This document shows positions 50,847 through 64,000 of a DNA stretch of 64,000 bases, one piece after another. Origin of the DNA: Selaginella moellendorffii (taxonomy: Eukaryota > Plantae > Lycopodiophyta); the NCBI RefSeq assembly GCF_000143415.4, contig NW_003314378.1:1-64000 (forward strand), written 5' to 3'. How positions within the stretch are numbered: the first letter of the stretch is position 1; each line of letters begins with the position of its first letter. The position numbers were made by a program, and so were the translations under genes. The notes beneath the pieces are model-generated. The model saw nothing but the letters and a program-made list of their open reading frames with translations. It was not told the DNA's origin and searched no databases.

Positions 50847-51123
50847 TTGAATTCCTCATCCAATCACATCTTGACCAATGTTGCACATTGTTTGGAGTTT
50901 GCAAAATCATTGGTAGGGAAAGCACAAACTTGGGTAAGAGCTTTGGCAGAGGATAAGTGTGAGGAATTTCCCATATTGCTCGCTTCTTTTTGTAAGGCTT
51001 TTGAGATTGAGAAGAGCCCACAACAGTTGCTTCACGAGCGTTTTCTCTTTCGACAAGGTGGCAACGAATCTGTGCTTGATTATACAACACAATTCAAGCA
51101 GTACCAGAAGATTTGTCAAGTGA
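50847..51123 (+). pseudogene. Gag of element B, part upstream of the A insertion
   Basis: FAKSLVGKAQTWV...FRQGGNESVLDYTTQFKQYQKICQV; resumes in frame at 59904 (TKEENLAISAYVTGLK). Confidence 0.75.
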
Positions 51124-51148
51124 TGTTAGGGTGTGGCCATTGAGAGAA

Positions 51149-52284
51149 TGTTATGATCTGGCGCAAAAAGACAAAGATTTAGTCGCCCTAGACTATGCTA
51201 CGCTACCTCTTGAGGTTCCTCACCACCCAACCACCCCCGAACTACCTCAAAAGCTCCACTGTGCCGCCGCTCCACTATGAGCCCTAGGGTAGGTTAAGTC
51301 CCCTACCCTAACATGCCTTAATATACCCTTGAGCCTCCCTTTGACCGATGTTGACCACGTAGTCAAAGCTGGCACCTAACAATTCTTCCCCCCTCAACAA
51401 AGTCCTTGTCCCAAGGAAGAGTTGTACCAGTGATCACCCTTTCTGGGGAACCTTGCTCAAGCTCCTGGTCCATCTTCCACAGTCGTATACATCAAGGAGG
51501 CATTGGGCTCGTCACTCCGAGATAGTACACCTTTCAACTGGCTGACATAAAATACCGGATGAATTTTCACCCCAGTTGGCAGCCGCACTCTATAAGCCGC
51601 TTTACCAATGCGCTCCAGCACTTCATATGGACCGGTCACCACGACCCACATCACGCAAAACCATCGGAATAGCCACTAAAGCCTCTGCATCTGGAGTTCC
51701 TCTAGCAGCCAAGAACTTCTTCACCATGGCTAGCCAAGCGAGACACTCGTCCACACCACCATCACCGGAAAAAGTTGGAATCTTGAGTCGATCTACCAAA
51801 GAAGGCTTACTTGGAGTGCTACCTCGTCTAGCCTCGAGTGCCTCAACATGCCCACGCATGGTATCCATCATGCCATGCATCTCGTTTTGCATCTCTTGCT
51901 GATTTTGATTAAGGGCTCGCAGCTCATGAACCACATCTTGAATAGTCCAAATCTCCACAGCTTCGTCAGCACCATCGTCAGCACCACCATCGACAATAGG
52001 ATTCTAGCGTTCAGCTTGGTCGGCCATCGCAACCAACTCCTCTGATACCAATGTTATGATCCGGGGCAAAAAGACAGAGATCTAGTCGCCCTAGACTATG
52101 CTACGCCACCTCTTGAGGTTCCTCACCACCCAACCACCCCCGAGCTACCTTAAAAGCTCCACTGCACTGCCGCTCCACTATGAGCCCTAGGGTAGGTTAA
52201 GTCCCCTACCCTAACATGCCTTAATATACCCTTGAGCCTCCCTTTGACTGATGTTGACCACGTAGTCAAAGCTGGTGCCTAACA
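51149..52284 (-). mobile_element. Family G, copy 4: 1136-bp internally deleted derivative
   Basis: LTRs 51149-51381 and 52052-52284, PBS and PPT retained; gag 5' end fused to the integrase GPY/F tail near 51635; TSD GAGAA/GAGAG. Confidence 0.95.
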
Positions 52285-55169
52285 GAGAGTGAGAGAGAGA
52301 GAAAGAATATTCTGGTCCTCAAAATATTCCCCATCTTCGTTGTATAAAACCCTTGTCTCACAAGGGTAGGGGGGAGCATTTGCGAAGAGCATTGAAACAT
52401 TTCTCATGTTTGAGTGAGTGTTGGGGGAGGTGCCCCCTCCTTCCCCCAACAAATGGTGAACCCGGCATGACGTGCAGCACTTTCTGAGCTGTCATTTCTC
52501 TCTTTTTCTTTTGGCCGTACAATTTGGGAACCAATTTCTCGTTCATCTTGCAGTGGTTTTGTTGGATCTTAGGCTTGTTGGATAGGTCTGGAGCTCCTCT
52601 TTCCATCAAGGTATGGCGCTCATCAAGCCGTGTAGTATTTGAAGAGATACAGCGTTTCTTGGCTCGGTCAGATGAACATTTTGGGGTTCTCACTTTCTCG
52701 CCTGGATCCTCGGCCCAATTTCTCAAGGTAGTGCATTGGGGCTTGTAGATCTGGCCTAGATTTACAAGTAGTGGTGACTCTTGGAGCTAGATTTGGGAAA
52801 ATTGACGGCATGCAAAACAATTTTCTTCTCCGGCTAGACTGGGTCATCTTTGCAGCAAGAATTCGTGCTTCTTCAGGCTTTGTTTTGGATGCCATTTGTT
52901 TCCATAGGTGCTCTTGGTTTTGAGCTTTCCAAAAATACCAATGGCACCTTAGTATCAATCTACATCATTGGCATGCACATGTTTTTCCACAATATTGGCG
53001 TTTTGGGCTACCTCTTCTTGGATTTTGGGGAATATTGAGGTGGCTTCCTCCTAAATTCCTGCGATAGAGGGTAGACGGGGCTGAGCTCTTTCCAACGAGC
53101 CCACCAACAATGAAAATGGGGAAGGATCAAGACTAGAGGACTCATTTTTCTCTTTTGGGCTAAACTTTGTTAAGGGGTTCCTTGGGAACGAAGCAATCTT
53201 CAAGGAATAGGTTGGCATAGGAACAAGAATAGGAACAGGAGTTGGAGTAAGAGCAGGTGCAAGGATAGGAGCAGGCGTAGGAGTAGGAGTGAGAGTGGGG
53301 GTTATTGGTTACATGTTACAGGTCCCCGGTTACTAGTTTACTGGTCCCCAGTTACTCCAGCGGCTATTCCAGTGGCTACTCCAGCAGTTACCCTACGGGT
53401 CAATGGTTACGTGTGCTTGAGGCTTACATCTCCTTCCATTTCGACTTTTATTTCTTTTTGTCACAAGCATTTTGGGCAACTTTGAGCAACTTGAGCACTA
53501 GTCTATAGTCTTCTTGCTCTTGTCAACCCAGTTGCCTTGACCAGGCATTTGCAGTGTTCAGGGTGTTTGATGTCGGTACAAATCAGGCGTGCGACAAATT
53601 GGCACCCTCTCACCATACCTCAAGGCCCTAAGGTACGGAGTAAACTTTCTAACATCTAAAGGCAGCTTAAGTATGACATAACACCTTTTTAGGCCGAGTC
53701 CTCTTCATCCTCGGCAGATTCTAGTGACTTAGATCTATAAGCTATGGTGCAGCCACCTTTAGCTCGACCTTAGCTCCATGTTTTGAAGAGGGGGAGTGAT
53801 CTGCCAACCTTCTCAGGTGTTGGAATAGTCTCTCCAGCATTGCATATCAGTCACTTTGATTACTACTGCACCACAAACATGATCATCGATAATGATCGTA
53901 TGTGCTGTGACTTCTTACAGTCTCTTGAAGGCAAAGCAGCAACTTGGGCAGATTCTCTCCTCCCAAAGGACTAGACAGACTTCTAGACACTACTTGCTTC
54001 TTTTAGAGAACGCTTTGTTGAAGAAAAACCCACAAATCGGCTACTTGTCGACCTCTTTTTGTTCCGGTAGAGTGCTCATGAGTCTATTCCTGACTACATC
54101 ACCCAGTTTCAAGCATACTGGAAGCAATGTTGGGATCACAGAGTGGTCCAAGATGAGCAATAGGGGACGATAGCATTCACAGCGGGTCTGCGAGGGAACT
54201 TGCAGCGGAAAGTTCTTAAGAAGACATTCAGGTCTTGCCGTGAGGCATTTTCATTTGCCACAAAGCTGGAAAGAGAGCTGCTTGTTGACATAGGGATTGC
54301 TAGAGTTGATTTTGACCAAGCCATCACCCCGTCAGAATCACCTTGTGCAGCTGTTTGCCCGTCCACAACAAAGCCTGTTGCTATTGAGTGAACACCTTCG
54401 GCTATTGAGAACTTTGCCAATGAGATGCGGCAGCTGAAGGAGATCATTCTTCAGCAATAATCACACCAGGACAAACTGCTCCAGGAGCTGGTGGAGTAGG
54501 AAAGAGGCCACTACAGCTTGGGAATGCAGATTTAAGTCCCATTTGTGCACTCACTGCGAGATGAACACACACAACACGCAGTGCTGCTTCAAGCTTCACC
54601 CAAAGCTTTGGCCTCCACCTTCTCAATGTGTCCAACAACATCCCTTTGCTAATAATTCCACATCGTCTCGGGGTCTAGACGCATATCAGGAGCAGTTGGA
54701 GCAACAAGCAGTTGAGGCAGCCCCTTCGTCAAGCAAAGGCAAGGCACCCACTTCATCAGTCAACATGATTTTGGTAGCCAAGGAAATCTATAGGCAACAG
54801 CAGCAAACAGCAGCCACTCGAGCCCAAGCGAAGAAGAAGGCAGCCACTCAGCCTGCCATAGATACCCCGCGTCAGTTGAGAGTGAATCTCTATTGACACC
54901 AGATCCAGTGACACCGAAGGTGGCTTGTAAACTCCCCTTTAAGTCCCTACTCTCTTCTCCTCCTGAGATCTCACCAACAGCTACTCCTGTTCTGGAGCCG
55001 GTTCTTCAACAGTTGGTTGACACTGCTGTCACCTTTTTGCTCCAAGACATGTTGTGTCTTGTCCCGGGATTCGGCTAGCATTTAGAGGAGTTTGCACGGT
55101 CAGGAACACCAGAGGGCACTATCATGAGGACTCCTCAAGAGGTGCACATTGTCGACATGACAAGATATG

Positions 55170-56299
55170 TGTAAGGAACCAACTCCCCGAAGTGTCATAG
55201 GCTAAAGAATCCCCGAAAGCATGACCAAAATGATAAAGAGTTCATCAAATGGGACCAAGTCTGAGATCGAGTCCAAGACTGAATCTAAGACCAAGTTCGA
55301 GACAGAGTCTGGGATCGACTCCGAGGTCGACTCTGAGACCAAGTTCGAGACTGAGTTCGACACTGAGTCTGATATCCAAGATCGGGTCCAAGACTGAGTC
55401 TGAGGTCGAGTCCGAGGTCGAGTCCGAGATTGGGTTCAAGGTCGAGTCCGAGACTGAGTTCAAGGTCAGGTCCGAGATCAAGTCCGAGATCGAGTCTAAA
55501 ACCGAGTCCGAGTACTAACTAATATAGGTCAATGGGTGAAAGCCTAAAGCATGCATCTCCCAGGGGGGGGGGGGTTTCCAAAAGTATAGTAGGGATAATA
55601 AGGTCTAGGAACTAGTCTTGAAGGAACTCTCCAATGGTGCTTCCAAACTAACTTGAGGTTGAGACTGGGGCTGAGGGGCCTTGGGTGGGAGTGAACATGG
55701 AGTTGGGTAATGCCAGAGGGGCCACCCGAGGAAGTGCTCAAGAGCAACTCCCACTTCCGAAAGGGAAACCGACTGTGGTGCTCCCAACTCTTGTGGAGTG
55801 GTGCCCCACTTGAGTACCTTGCAACTCATTAGTCCTTGCCCTTCCTAGGGGCTTGGGTCTTTCCTTCGGGATGGAAGAGGGGGAGTAGGAGTACCCACAC
55901 TGGGCCATTAGGCCATGATGTTTCCCCCTGGTGTCCCGAAGCAAGTGTTGCACCCAAGGCTTGGGATTTAGAGGGTCCCATGAACAAGTCTTGTTATACC
56001 AAGGGATGTTAGGAACTTGGAGGCATGGTGTGCTTGGCTGCTTGTGCCTGCAGGGAGTGTAGCTGAACCTTAAGTCCAGTCTAACTCGGGGAGAGGGATT
56101 GGGAGAGATTGGGAATCCAGTAATGGATGGCTAACACTCCGTTGCTCGTGCAATGAGTAGCTGAAACCAAGTAGGACTAAGTAGGAGTTGGTACAATAGG
56201 CGGGAACCTTGGTGAGGGAACTTAGTTAAGGCCAAGGCAGTGTCGGTTGGATAAACAAGGTAAGTTGGCAAATTGAAAAGGAAAAATTTGTAGCTTACA
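55170..56299. mobile_element. Solo LTR, duplicate of 5709-6852
   Basis: TGTAAG...CTTACA with TSD ATATG. Confidence 0.92.
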
Positions 56300-59200
56300 A
56301 TATGGTGGAGATCTTAGCCCATTCTTCGTCCCAGTGCAAATTGGTATTTCCTCTTGTAGGATGGATGCTTTGGTTGACTCCAGTTTTGAAAGCAACATTA
56401 TCTCTCTCGAAGCTGCCCTTTTAGCACAGCTACAGATCATTGAGAGCTCCTCCATCGTACTCAAGACCTTCGCCAACCACACCATAACTCTAGTAGGCAT
56501 TTGCTATGGTGTCAAGGTGTTAGTGCAGGGTGTTGTTTCTGAGGTAGATTTCCTCATGGTTGACTACCAACGTCTTGGAACATCCTCTTTGAAGGACTCT
56601 ATCATCCTTGGCCGCTCATGGCAAGTCACATCCCATTGCACCATTGACAGCATGCAAGGCAAGATGGAAATTAGCAATGGAACCCATAGTGCCACCTTTC
56701 TCAACAACCAATGGCAGAGCTCTTTCTTTACAAACCCAGCAGGCTCAGACTAAAGTGGTCTCCACACCACACTTTCCTCCTGAGCTCACAGAGGCTTTTC
56801 CCAAGTTGGAGGTGGAGTCGACCATCTATATGACGGATGCTTTCTCATGCAATGTGATCGACATTGTTGGAGGTGAGTCAAATAGCTTGAGATGTGTCTA
56901 GAGGCTCGGCCTGACTCTCAAATAAAGAGAGTGAGGCTGAGAGATGTCTTTATTTGATGGCGGGGCTTATAGAGTACAGGCCCCCATATCCAGCTCTTCA
57001 GAGTGTTTCTCAATAGAGGAAGGGCTCCTTGATTCGTTTCTTGCATAGGACCAACTCTCTCTTATGGAGCTTGACAACACAGTCACTCCAGACTAGGTCC
57101 ATCTTTCGCAGGACGCAGCCGAAGTCAATCCTCCTCAGCAACTATCTGAGGTGTCACACAGCCAGCATCTTCCTACAAAAATCACGGTAGCTGACGACTC
57201 CAAGTGTATTTTGTCATGCCGTTTGCTGAAGATGGAAGAAGACATCCAGACACACAACTGGCAGAAAGAATCAAGCCAATCAAACGTGCTGCATGTGAGT
57301 TATAGCTCTTTGAGTTCAAAATTTCCTACTGTGGAGCCCCTGGTACTCCAACCACCAGAACAACAACTCCCTTTCGAAATTTACATCAAGATGGATATAA
57401 AGGCTTTTGGAATATGCCTTTGCCAATGTTCACAGCCTGGCAAGCCACCGCATGCAACATACTATGCCTCACATTCAAGGAGGCTGAGAAAAAGTACATG
57501 GATGCAGAAAAAGAAGCAATGGCTGTTGTTTGCACCTTGGAGCGATTTCGTCACTTTCTTGCAGGAGCCTGTATCCATTTCCATGTCTCTTTTAAGGTTC
57601 TAACCTTTCTTTTACAGCGACTGGTTCACAGTCCTCGTACTTTATCTTGGATTGTGACCATTCAATAGTTCCAGCCAACTTTTCACATGCAGCATCTTCT
57701 CCAACGGTTGTAAGTCAAGCACGTGAAGAGCAGCAGTTATTATCCTGAGTGCAATAGCCAGGCGGAGTCCAGCAACAAGATATTGAAGACAGTCATCTCA
57801 AAGCTTATGGAAGATCACCCGAGGCGTTGGCACGAGCACTTGGTTACAACATTGTGGGCCTTTCAGATGTCCTTCAAGACATCCATCTCCGTGACCCCAT
57901 TCTCCCTTGTCTATGGGACAAATGCCGTGCTTCCAGTGGAGATCCAGGTGCCATCGCTCTCACTTTCACTTCGATATGCAGTAGCGATGGAGCTTAGCGA
58001 TGAGGACAAGCTTCATGCACGTGACTTATAGGTTCTTGCCTTGGAAGAATAGCGACGATCCATGATTGAACATCTCTTTCAAGGCAAGTAGAAGATCAAG
58101 TCCATCATTGGTCACCGGTGGTCTGCCAAACCATTCGAGGATGGCAATCTTGTTTTACTCAAGGAGTTCACGCCACTTTCAAAGTTTTGCCCTAGCTAGA
58201 CTGGCCTTTACTTTGTCCAGCGACACATTAGAGGTGGAGCATATGTGCTAGTTGATGTTGATGGATGTGAACTCCCACACGCTCATAACTACTCTCATCT
58301 CAAACGCTTCATTCAAGGAGGCATTCCTCTTCTCTTCTTTTTCTTTTTCTTTTTCTTCCTTTCTTTCACTTTACTTTCATGGCTCTTTTTCCTTACTTTC
58401 AGGGGGTGTTTCTCCATTGGACCATGGCCCATGCCTTGGATTTTGTGCTCAGGCTGCATTGCCATTTGTATGGAGGTTTCTCACTTGGCTCGGTCTATGT
58501 TCCAAGTTCTTTGGCCCTTCCTTTACCATTACTACACCCCACACATTCCCCTCACTCATTTCATATCATCTACACTCATAGTTCCATCACCAATCACTTT
58601 TAGCAGCATTGCCCGCACTTATCTCTAGATGCCCATCTTGCATATTTCATTCTTTTACCATCATTCACATCTCTGCTTGAGGTCACATTTACACCATACC
58701 ACGGGCACACATACATGCACCAGCAACGAAAGACACCACCTCATTTGGACGTGCCATTTCCGAAAAATTCTTACAACCATTTGCCAATGACGCACTAGCT
58801 TTTCTGGAGCGACTTTCTTCCAACCGGGTGAGCCTGTTCACTCAAGGCACCTTTAGGCGGATCTTTAGGCGAGGCCACAAAAGCTGAAGCCACTTTCTTT
58901 TGCTCCAGCACTCAGTGGACACATGCCACCTCTCTTTACCAACAACCCAGCGACTATGCCATCCTTTTCAGCTACTGACTTCTTCAGTCCGACACATTAG
59001 ACTGGCCATCTTCTCAGAGTACCACCACCATCTCGGCACTCCACCATATCACTCCACCATATTGGTGCTGGAGCAGGTGCAAGAGTAGGAGCGAGAACAA
59101 GTGGTTACCGGTTACAGGTACCTGGCTACTAGTTACCGGTTATCAGTTACTAGCTACTCCGAAAGGTTAGCGCTTACTCTACAGGCCAACGGTTATCAAT

Positions 59201-59903
59201 GGCCACCTTCTTAGGGTGCTACCACCATCTCGGCGCTCCACCATACCACTCCATCTTTCATCATTTCCACACTTACCACCCTTGGGCAACGCATCCCCTC
59301 TTCTACCTCTCTTTCTTTCTGGATTTCAGTTAATCCTTAGAGCATACCAAAAGTCATCAAGAAGCTGCATTTGCATATTACACTTTCCTTAGCCGAAATC
59401 TAGGTATGGGTTAAGTTCTTTGGGTGCTCACACTCTTTTTCCCCTATTTTTCTCCTCTTTTCACACTTTTTCTGCACTTTTTTTTAACTTCAGGGTTTAG
59501 TTTGACTACAGGGTTTCCCATCGGGTTTTCCTCCCTCCAAACTTCACACCTACCTCTTTTCTTTCTTTTTCCACTTTATTTTCTAGAGTTTTTACTATTT
59601 CACGCAGTTACCAACACTTGGCATCAGTAGCAGAGGTACACTCTACACTCTTTAGTGGGTTGTCGTGCATCTGGAGCCAGTGCAATCCACCGTGGTCACA
59701 TGTTAGGGCATGGCCATTGAGAGAGTGAGAGAGAGAGAGGGAATATTCTGGTCCTCAAAATATTCCCCATCTTCCTTGTATAAAACCCTTGCCTCACAAG
59801 GGCAAGGGGAGGGGGGGGGGGCATTTGCAAAGAGCGTTGAAGCATTTTTTGTGTTTAAGTGAGTGTTGGGGGGGATTCCTTCCCCCAATAGTGAAAGAGG
59901 TGA

Positions 59904-62800
59904 CAAAGGAGGAGAATCTAGCTATCTCTGCTTATGTGACTGGGCTCAAGCTAGGGATCTAACACAAGGTGGCCAAGAGATGCCATTCTAAGTGCAATGA
60001 TGTGTATGGAGATTGAGAAGAATTTGATGCAAGAGCTAGGCATTTCTAGTGTGGCAAAGATGCTAGGGTGGCAGTGTATGCCCTCTCCAGGACACAGCCT
60101 ACTTTGACACCATCACCAGCACCAGCAGCAAATTCTTCTATTCCCATTATCGACTTGGTCACCTTAGAGCTTCAACAATACAAGGCTTTGTTACTACAGC
60201 AGCAACAAAACTTCATACTCCAGCAACAGCAGCAAGAGTGGCTTCTAGAGGAACTCCATGCTTTCAGAATATAGGCTTCTTGCAAGCCACCCCATTATAG
60301 CTCACACTGTGATTCCTGGACTCACAATGACGATCATTGCTAGAAGCTACATCCAGAGCAGTATCCTAGGAAGCAACAATAAGCTATGATACAGCCATTG
60401 GCTGACAACTCAAACCTCCAGGCAAATGGTTATTAGGCGGTGCTTCCTGCTGTTTCTCCTCAACCGTGAAGGAATGTGCCCAATGATTTGCAACAGAGTG
60501 CTCCTCATTTTCAGGACACCAACACTGTTGGCACACTTGTTGGAGTAGATTCAGGCACTTCAGCTCCAAGTTTCTCTCAAAAACTTGCTCTAGTGCATTC
60601 TAGGCTTGGCTGACCAATTGGACCAGTTCTCTAGACTTCAACCCATGCTTTTCTCACACCATTTTCGGGACAGTGATTGACGGACTGCTCTTGGACTCTG
60701 ATTTTGGGAGAAACATAATTTCTTTGCATTTTATGCATCAATTGGGCCTAGAGATTTCATCCACTACAGCAATAATTCTCAAGACATTCACTGACCACAC
60801 AGTTTTCCTAGTGGGTATTTGCAGAGGTGTACACACTTCAGTCCAAGGTGTGGATGCTATGTTTTATTTCTTGGTGGTTGATTATGGGGCTACTGGAGCT
60901 TCACACAATGGAAACCGTGTCATCCTTTGCTAGTCTTGGCATGAAGCAGTGGACTGCAAAACATGTTGGCACTTGGGCATTACAACAATTTCAGATGGCA
61001 AGACAAGCAACTCTTCTCAATGAGCATGTATGGGTGCCGCAGGGTTAGGGCTGGAGCCAGGCTTGGTGAGCATAGTTGGAGGCACAGAAATATGATGATT
61101 TACCTGTGGTTTTCCCAGAGCTTCTTTATGACAAGAGCTTGTCCGAGTTGGAAGTTTATGATTGCCTAGGGCCAAAGCATTCTTGGAGAGATAAGGACTC
61201 CATATCAGAGCCTCCAGGTCCATCACACATGCAACTGGATGCTCCTTTGTCACAGTCCTTCTAATGCACAATTGCTGAAGACTATGGTGGTGGAATGCAA
61301 CAACATTGATTTCTTTCACACTAAGTGGACGACATCGGCATGGGACTTCTCCCATATATATTCATCTATTCAGAATGTATTTGGGACCAGCAAGTCACAA
61401 GATATGGCAAAGATTCAGGAGACTCCCCAAATGCCCACTGCAAAGGATTTGGAGACAGCAACTGATTCAGGCATGCATTTGCTTCCACAGCCAGTAGAGG
61501 AGCTTCAGAGTACTCATGCTAAGGTTATTTCACCCCTAGAGCAGCCAGAGCATAGGGAAATTGTGGAGGAAAGCATTGTGGAGTTTCTTGTGGACACATC
61601 TCCTTTGTTGGACAGTTCTCTGGACAGTATGACCTCTTTATTTGAGGTTGAGCTTGTATCTGACTTGGTGGAGGAGGATGTTACAGAAAACCAGGCCAAG
61701 TGCACACTTTCTCTTCAAGACAAAGATTTTCTCTTATTGCTGGCATTTGGTGCTACAGCAGAGTTTTAACTAGAGTCTTTCTTTAGCCAACTTTGGAGGT
61801 GATGTATCCACCCCACTATGTTCTCTTGTGAACTAATGAGTGACTTTCAGGTACCTTTCTGGGCTCCATGTACTTTATCATGGATGCTTGACATGAGTTT
61901 TATTCCATCCTAAATGGCGAGCTCTCCTTCTATATTTCTGGCACAAGGCTTTTACAATAACATTTAGGAGACTCCTCCAGTTACTCTACATCCATTACCA
62001 AGAAGTTTGTATACTGCATGAGAGTTTTAAATTTGCAAATCCCGAGATTCTACAAGGTGGCATTTGCAAAATTCCAGCATGTTTTTCCACTTCGACTTGG
62101 AGCAGTGACTCTTTTCAGCCACACTCAGCTCTGGGCCATTGCCATCCACACCTGTAGCAGTCAATCAGAGCACCTCATTCTTTAGATAGCTTCACAGCAA
62201 TGAAAGTGGAGGACACGAGCATTCTACGGCTTTTTCACGACTTCAGTGCCTCGTCAGCAGGACTCCTGGACACCAGAGATTCCGCTGGCACTCTTGGACA
62301 CAGCATAATAGCGGGGGGGGGGGGGGGTATGACTTCCTCAGCTTCGCCTAGAGAAATTATGACCCATGCACAAGTCTACATGTGATGAACCTGGGATCTG
62401 GAAGAGCAACAAAGAAAACAAAGTGAAAGAACAAAGAAAAGAAAAGAGCAAGGAGAATGAAAAAGAAGTCGCCACAAATGGAAGTGGTGATGTAGCAAGG
62501 CCTCGCATGATGAAGGTGTATGACAATGTCTCTAGAGGCCTGAGAAGGCTGGAATCTCTAATGTGTCCCATGCTAGAGTTGGCTGAGCCAAGTTGTCGTG
62601 GATGTCGAAGTCCGGAATGCATATTGTTGTCCTAAAAGCCATGATGATGTTGCACCTGAGTAGCCATGAATGATAGAGGAAGGCACTGATGACAAGCTGG
62701 GGTCACCTTGGATTGCCCATAGAGATCTGGGAGTTGTACAAAGTGGTGTTGTCTCCGAAAGCTGCACCAGAAGCCGAGTAGAAAGCTTGGCAATCTCAAT
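59904..62800 (+). mobile_element. Element B, downstream part, copy 2 (with inversion 62347-62787)
   Basis: Collinear with 10477-13390. Confidence 0.65.
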
Positions 62801-64000
62801 TGTCTGGAAGCTCAAGTTTCTTCAGGTTTTGCCATGATTATTCTACTCCATCTTTACATCACTTCCATCACACTTTCCCTCCCATCCTTTCCACTTTTCA
62901 TAATCATTGTTTACATTTCTATTCATTTCCTACACCATTGCCTGTTCTTTTCACATTACCTCTTTCATCTTTCCACTTGGTACCACGGCTTAGCTAGGCA
63001 TATTTCAGTGTTTTACAGGCACAGAGTATTCATATAGATGGCCTCCATCATCGAGTAGAGTTTCAGTAGGAGAGACATAGTCATCTCCAACTTATAGTAG
63101 CAACCTTCTTGAACATTACAATTTTGACACATATAGCAGTGGAAGTGCTCGTCTTGCTTAGACATTTTTGCCATCCACGGAGAATTGTAGGCAAAGCACT
63201 CGGCATTAAACAACCATGAGATGTAGTGTGGTGCCATTAGAGGTGCCCAAGTAAGATCTTGCGTAGATGGTGCTTCAAGATTGGAGTTGATGGCTTATAG
63301 TGGTGTGAGGACAAGATCACTCCACCCAATCAAAGGTGCATTTGATCCAATAGGTTGTGGTGATGGCTTTTACTCTTGTGCAGCCCTAGGTGGCGTTTGA
63401 GCTACTATACATTGCTTCAGAGTTGAGCTTGGAGTGTTGGCACATCTTGGCGAAGGTGTAAACATAGGCATAGAGTGAGTGAGAGGGAAAGAGTGAGAGA
63501 GAAAAAACAAAGCTCCCTAGCTACCTCTAATTTACCTAGGTTGCCTTGCCTTAATACATTAGTCCTCTTGCCTTTGCTTGCTTTTGTATGTAAATGTATT
63601 TTTTCCTTGTTAGCATAGTAACCTTTGTTCATTAATCCTTATGGTTTGCTAACAGAGATCAAAGAATGGGGCAAGAAAAATGTAGATATTGCTCTTAGTG
63701 TGTCTGCCCTTCTTTTCTTTTCTTCTAAATTTTGTATTGCCTGGAAAAAATTTTATAGGCTATACCAACAAGATTTTGAGGGAAGGCCTACTCTAGAAAA
63801 AGGAATATCTATCTAATATATCTTTTGATTTCTTTCCTTGAAACTTTTCTATAAAAAAAAAACACTCAGATATATAAGAGTTTTTCTAGCATAAAGACAA
63901 AGCTTTCTCAGGGGACATGTATTTTTCCTCTGTTCTAGGTAAATATATCCCTGTCTGAGCTTATTAGGAAAGATTACTTTTTTTATCCATAGTTGTATAG

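Larger units (their letters stand above)
51124..59898 (+). mobile_element. Degenerate Gypsy element A, copy 2
   Basis: Starts TGTTAGGG at 51124, second terminal repeat from 59701; collinear with 2825-10470; possible TSD AGTGA/GGTGA. Confidence 0.75.
51643..64000 (+). repeat. ~12.4-kb direct duplication of 2193-14592 (continues past the window edge)
   Basis: Collinear throughout, including shared nested insertion junctions; offset ~49.4 kb. Confidence 0.97.

Overview
Eukaryotic, TE-dominated window. The plant-type COG2 and ITPK1 remnants, short GT-AG introns (down to 43 nt) and TE families suggest a non-seed land plant such as a lycophyte; this is an inference. Most of it is nested, decayed transposons: four copies of one short-LTR Ty3/Gypsy family ('G', ~233-bp LTRs), two older degenerate Gypsy elements ('A' nested in 'B'), two TRIM families, solo LTRs with clean TSDs, an L1-type LINE plus a LINE 3' fragment, two PIF/Harbinger nuclease pseudogenes, a SWIM/MULE-like remnant and a GHTHED-motif transposase remnant. 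About 12.4 kb (2193-14592) is repeated at 51643-64000, with an assembly gap (44803-44902) between the copies. The only apparently intact gene I could reconstruct is a 7-exon, 864-aa Crinkler-RHS (CR)-like protein (header + P-loop NTPase + PD-(D/E)xK nuclease + acidic tail, 29810-33137). It is bracketed about 130 nt away on each side by a 25/26-nt inverted repeat resembling Harbinger termini, with a Harbinger nuclease pseudogene beyond each repeat. The second highlight is a TRIM and a Gypsy joined head-to-head inside a single 5-bp TSD (45436-50365). All calls were made by eye, without database searches.
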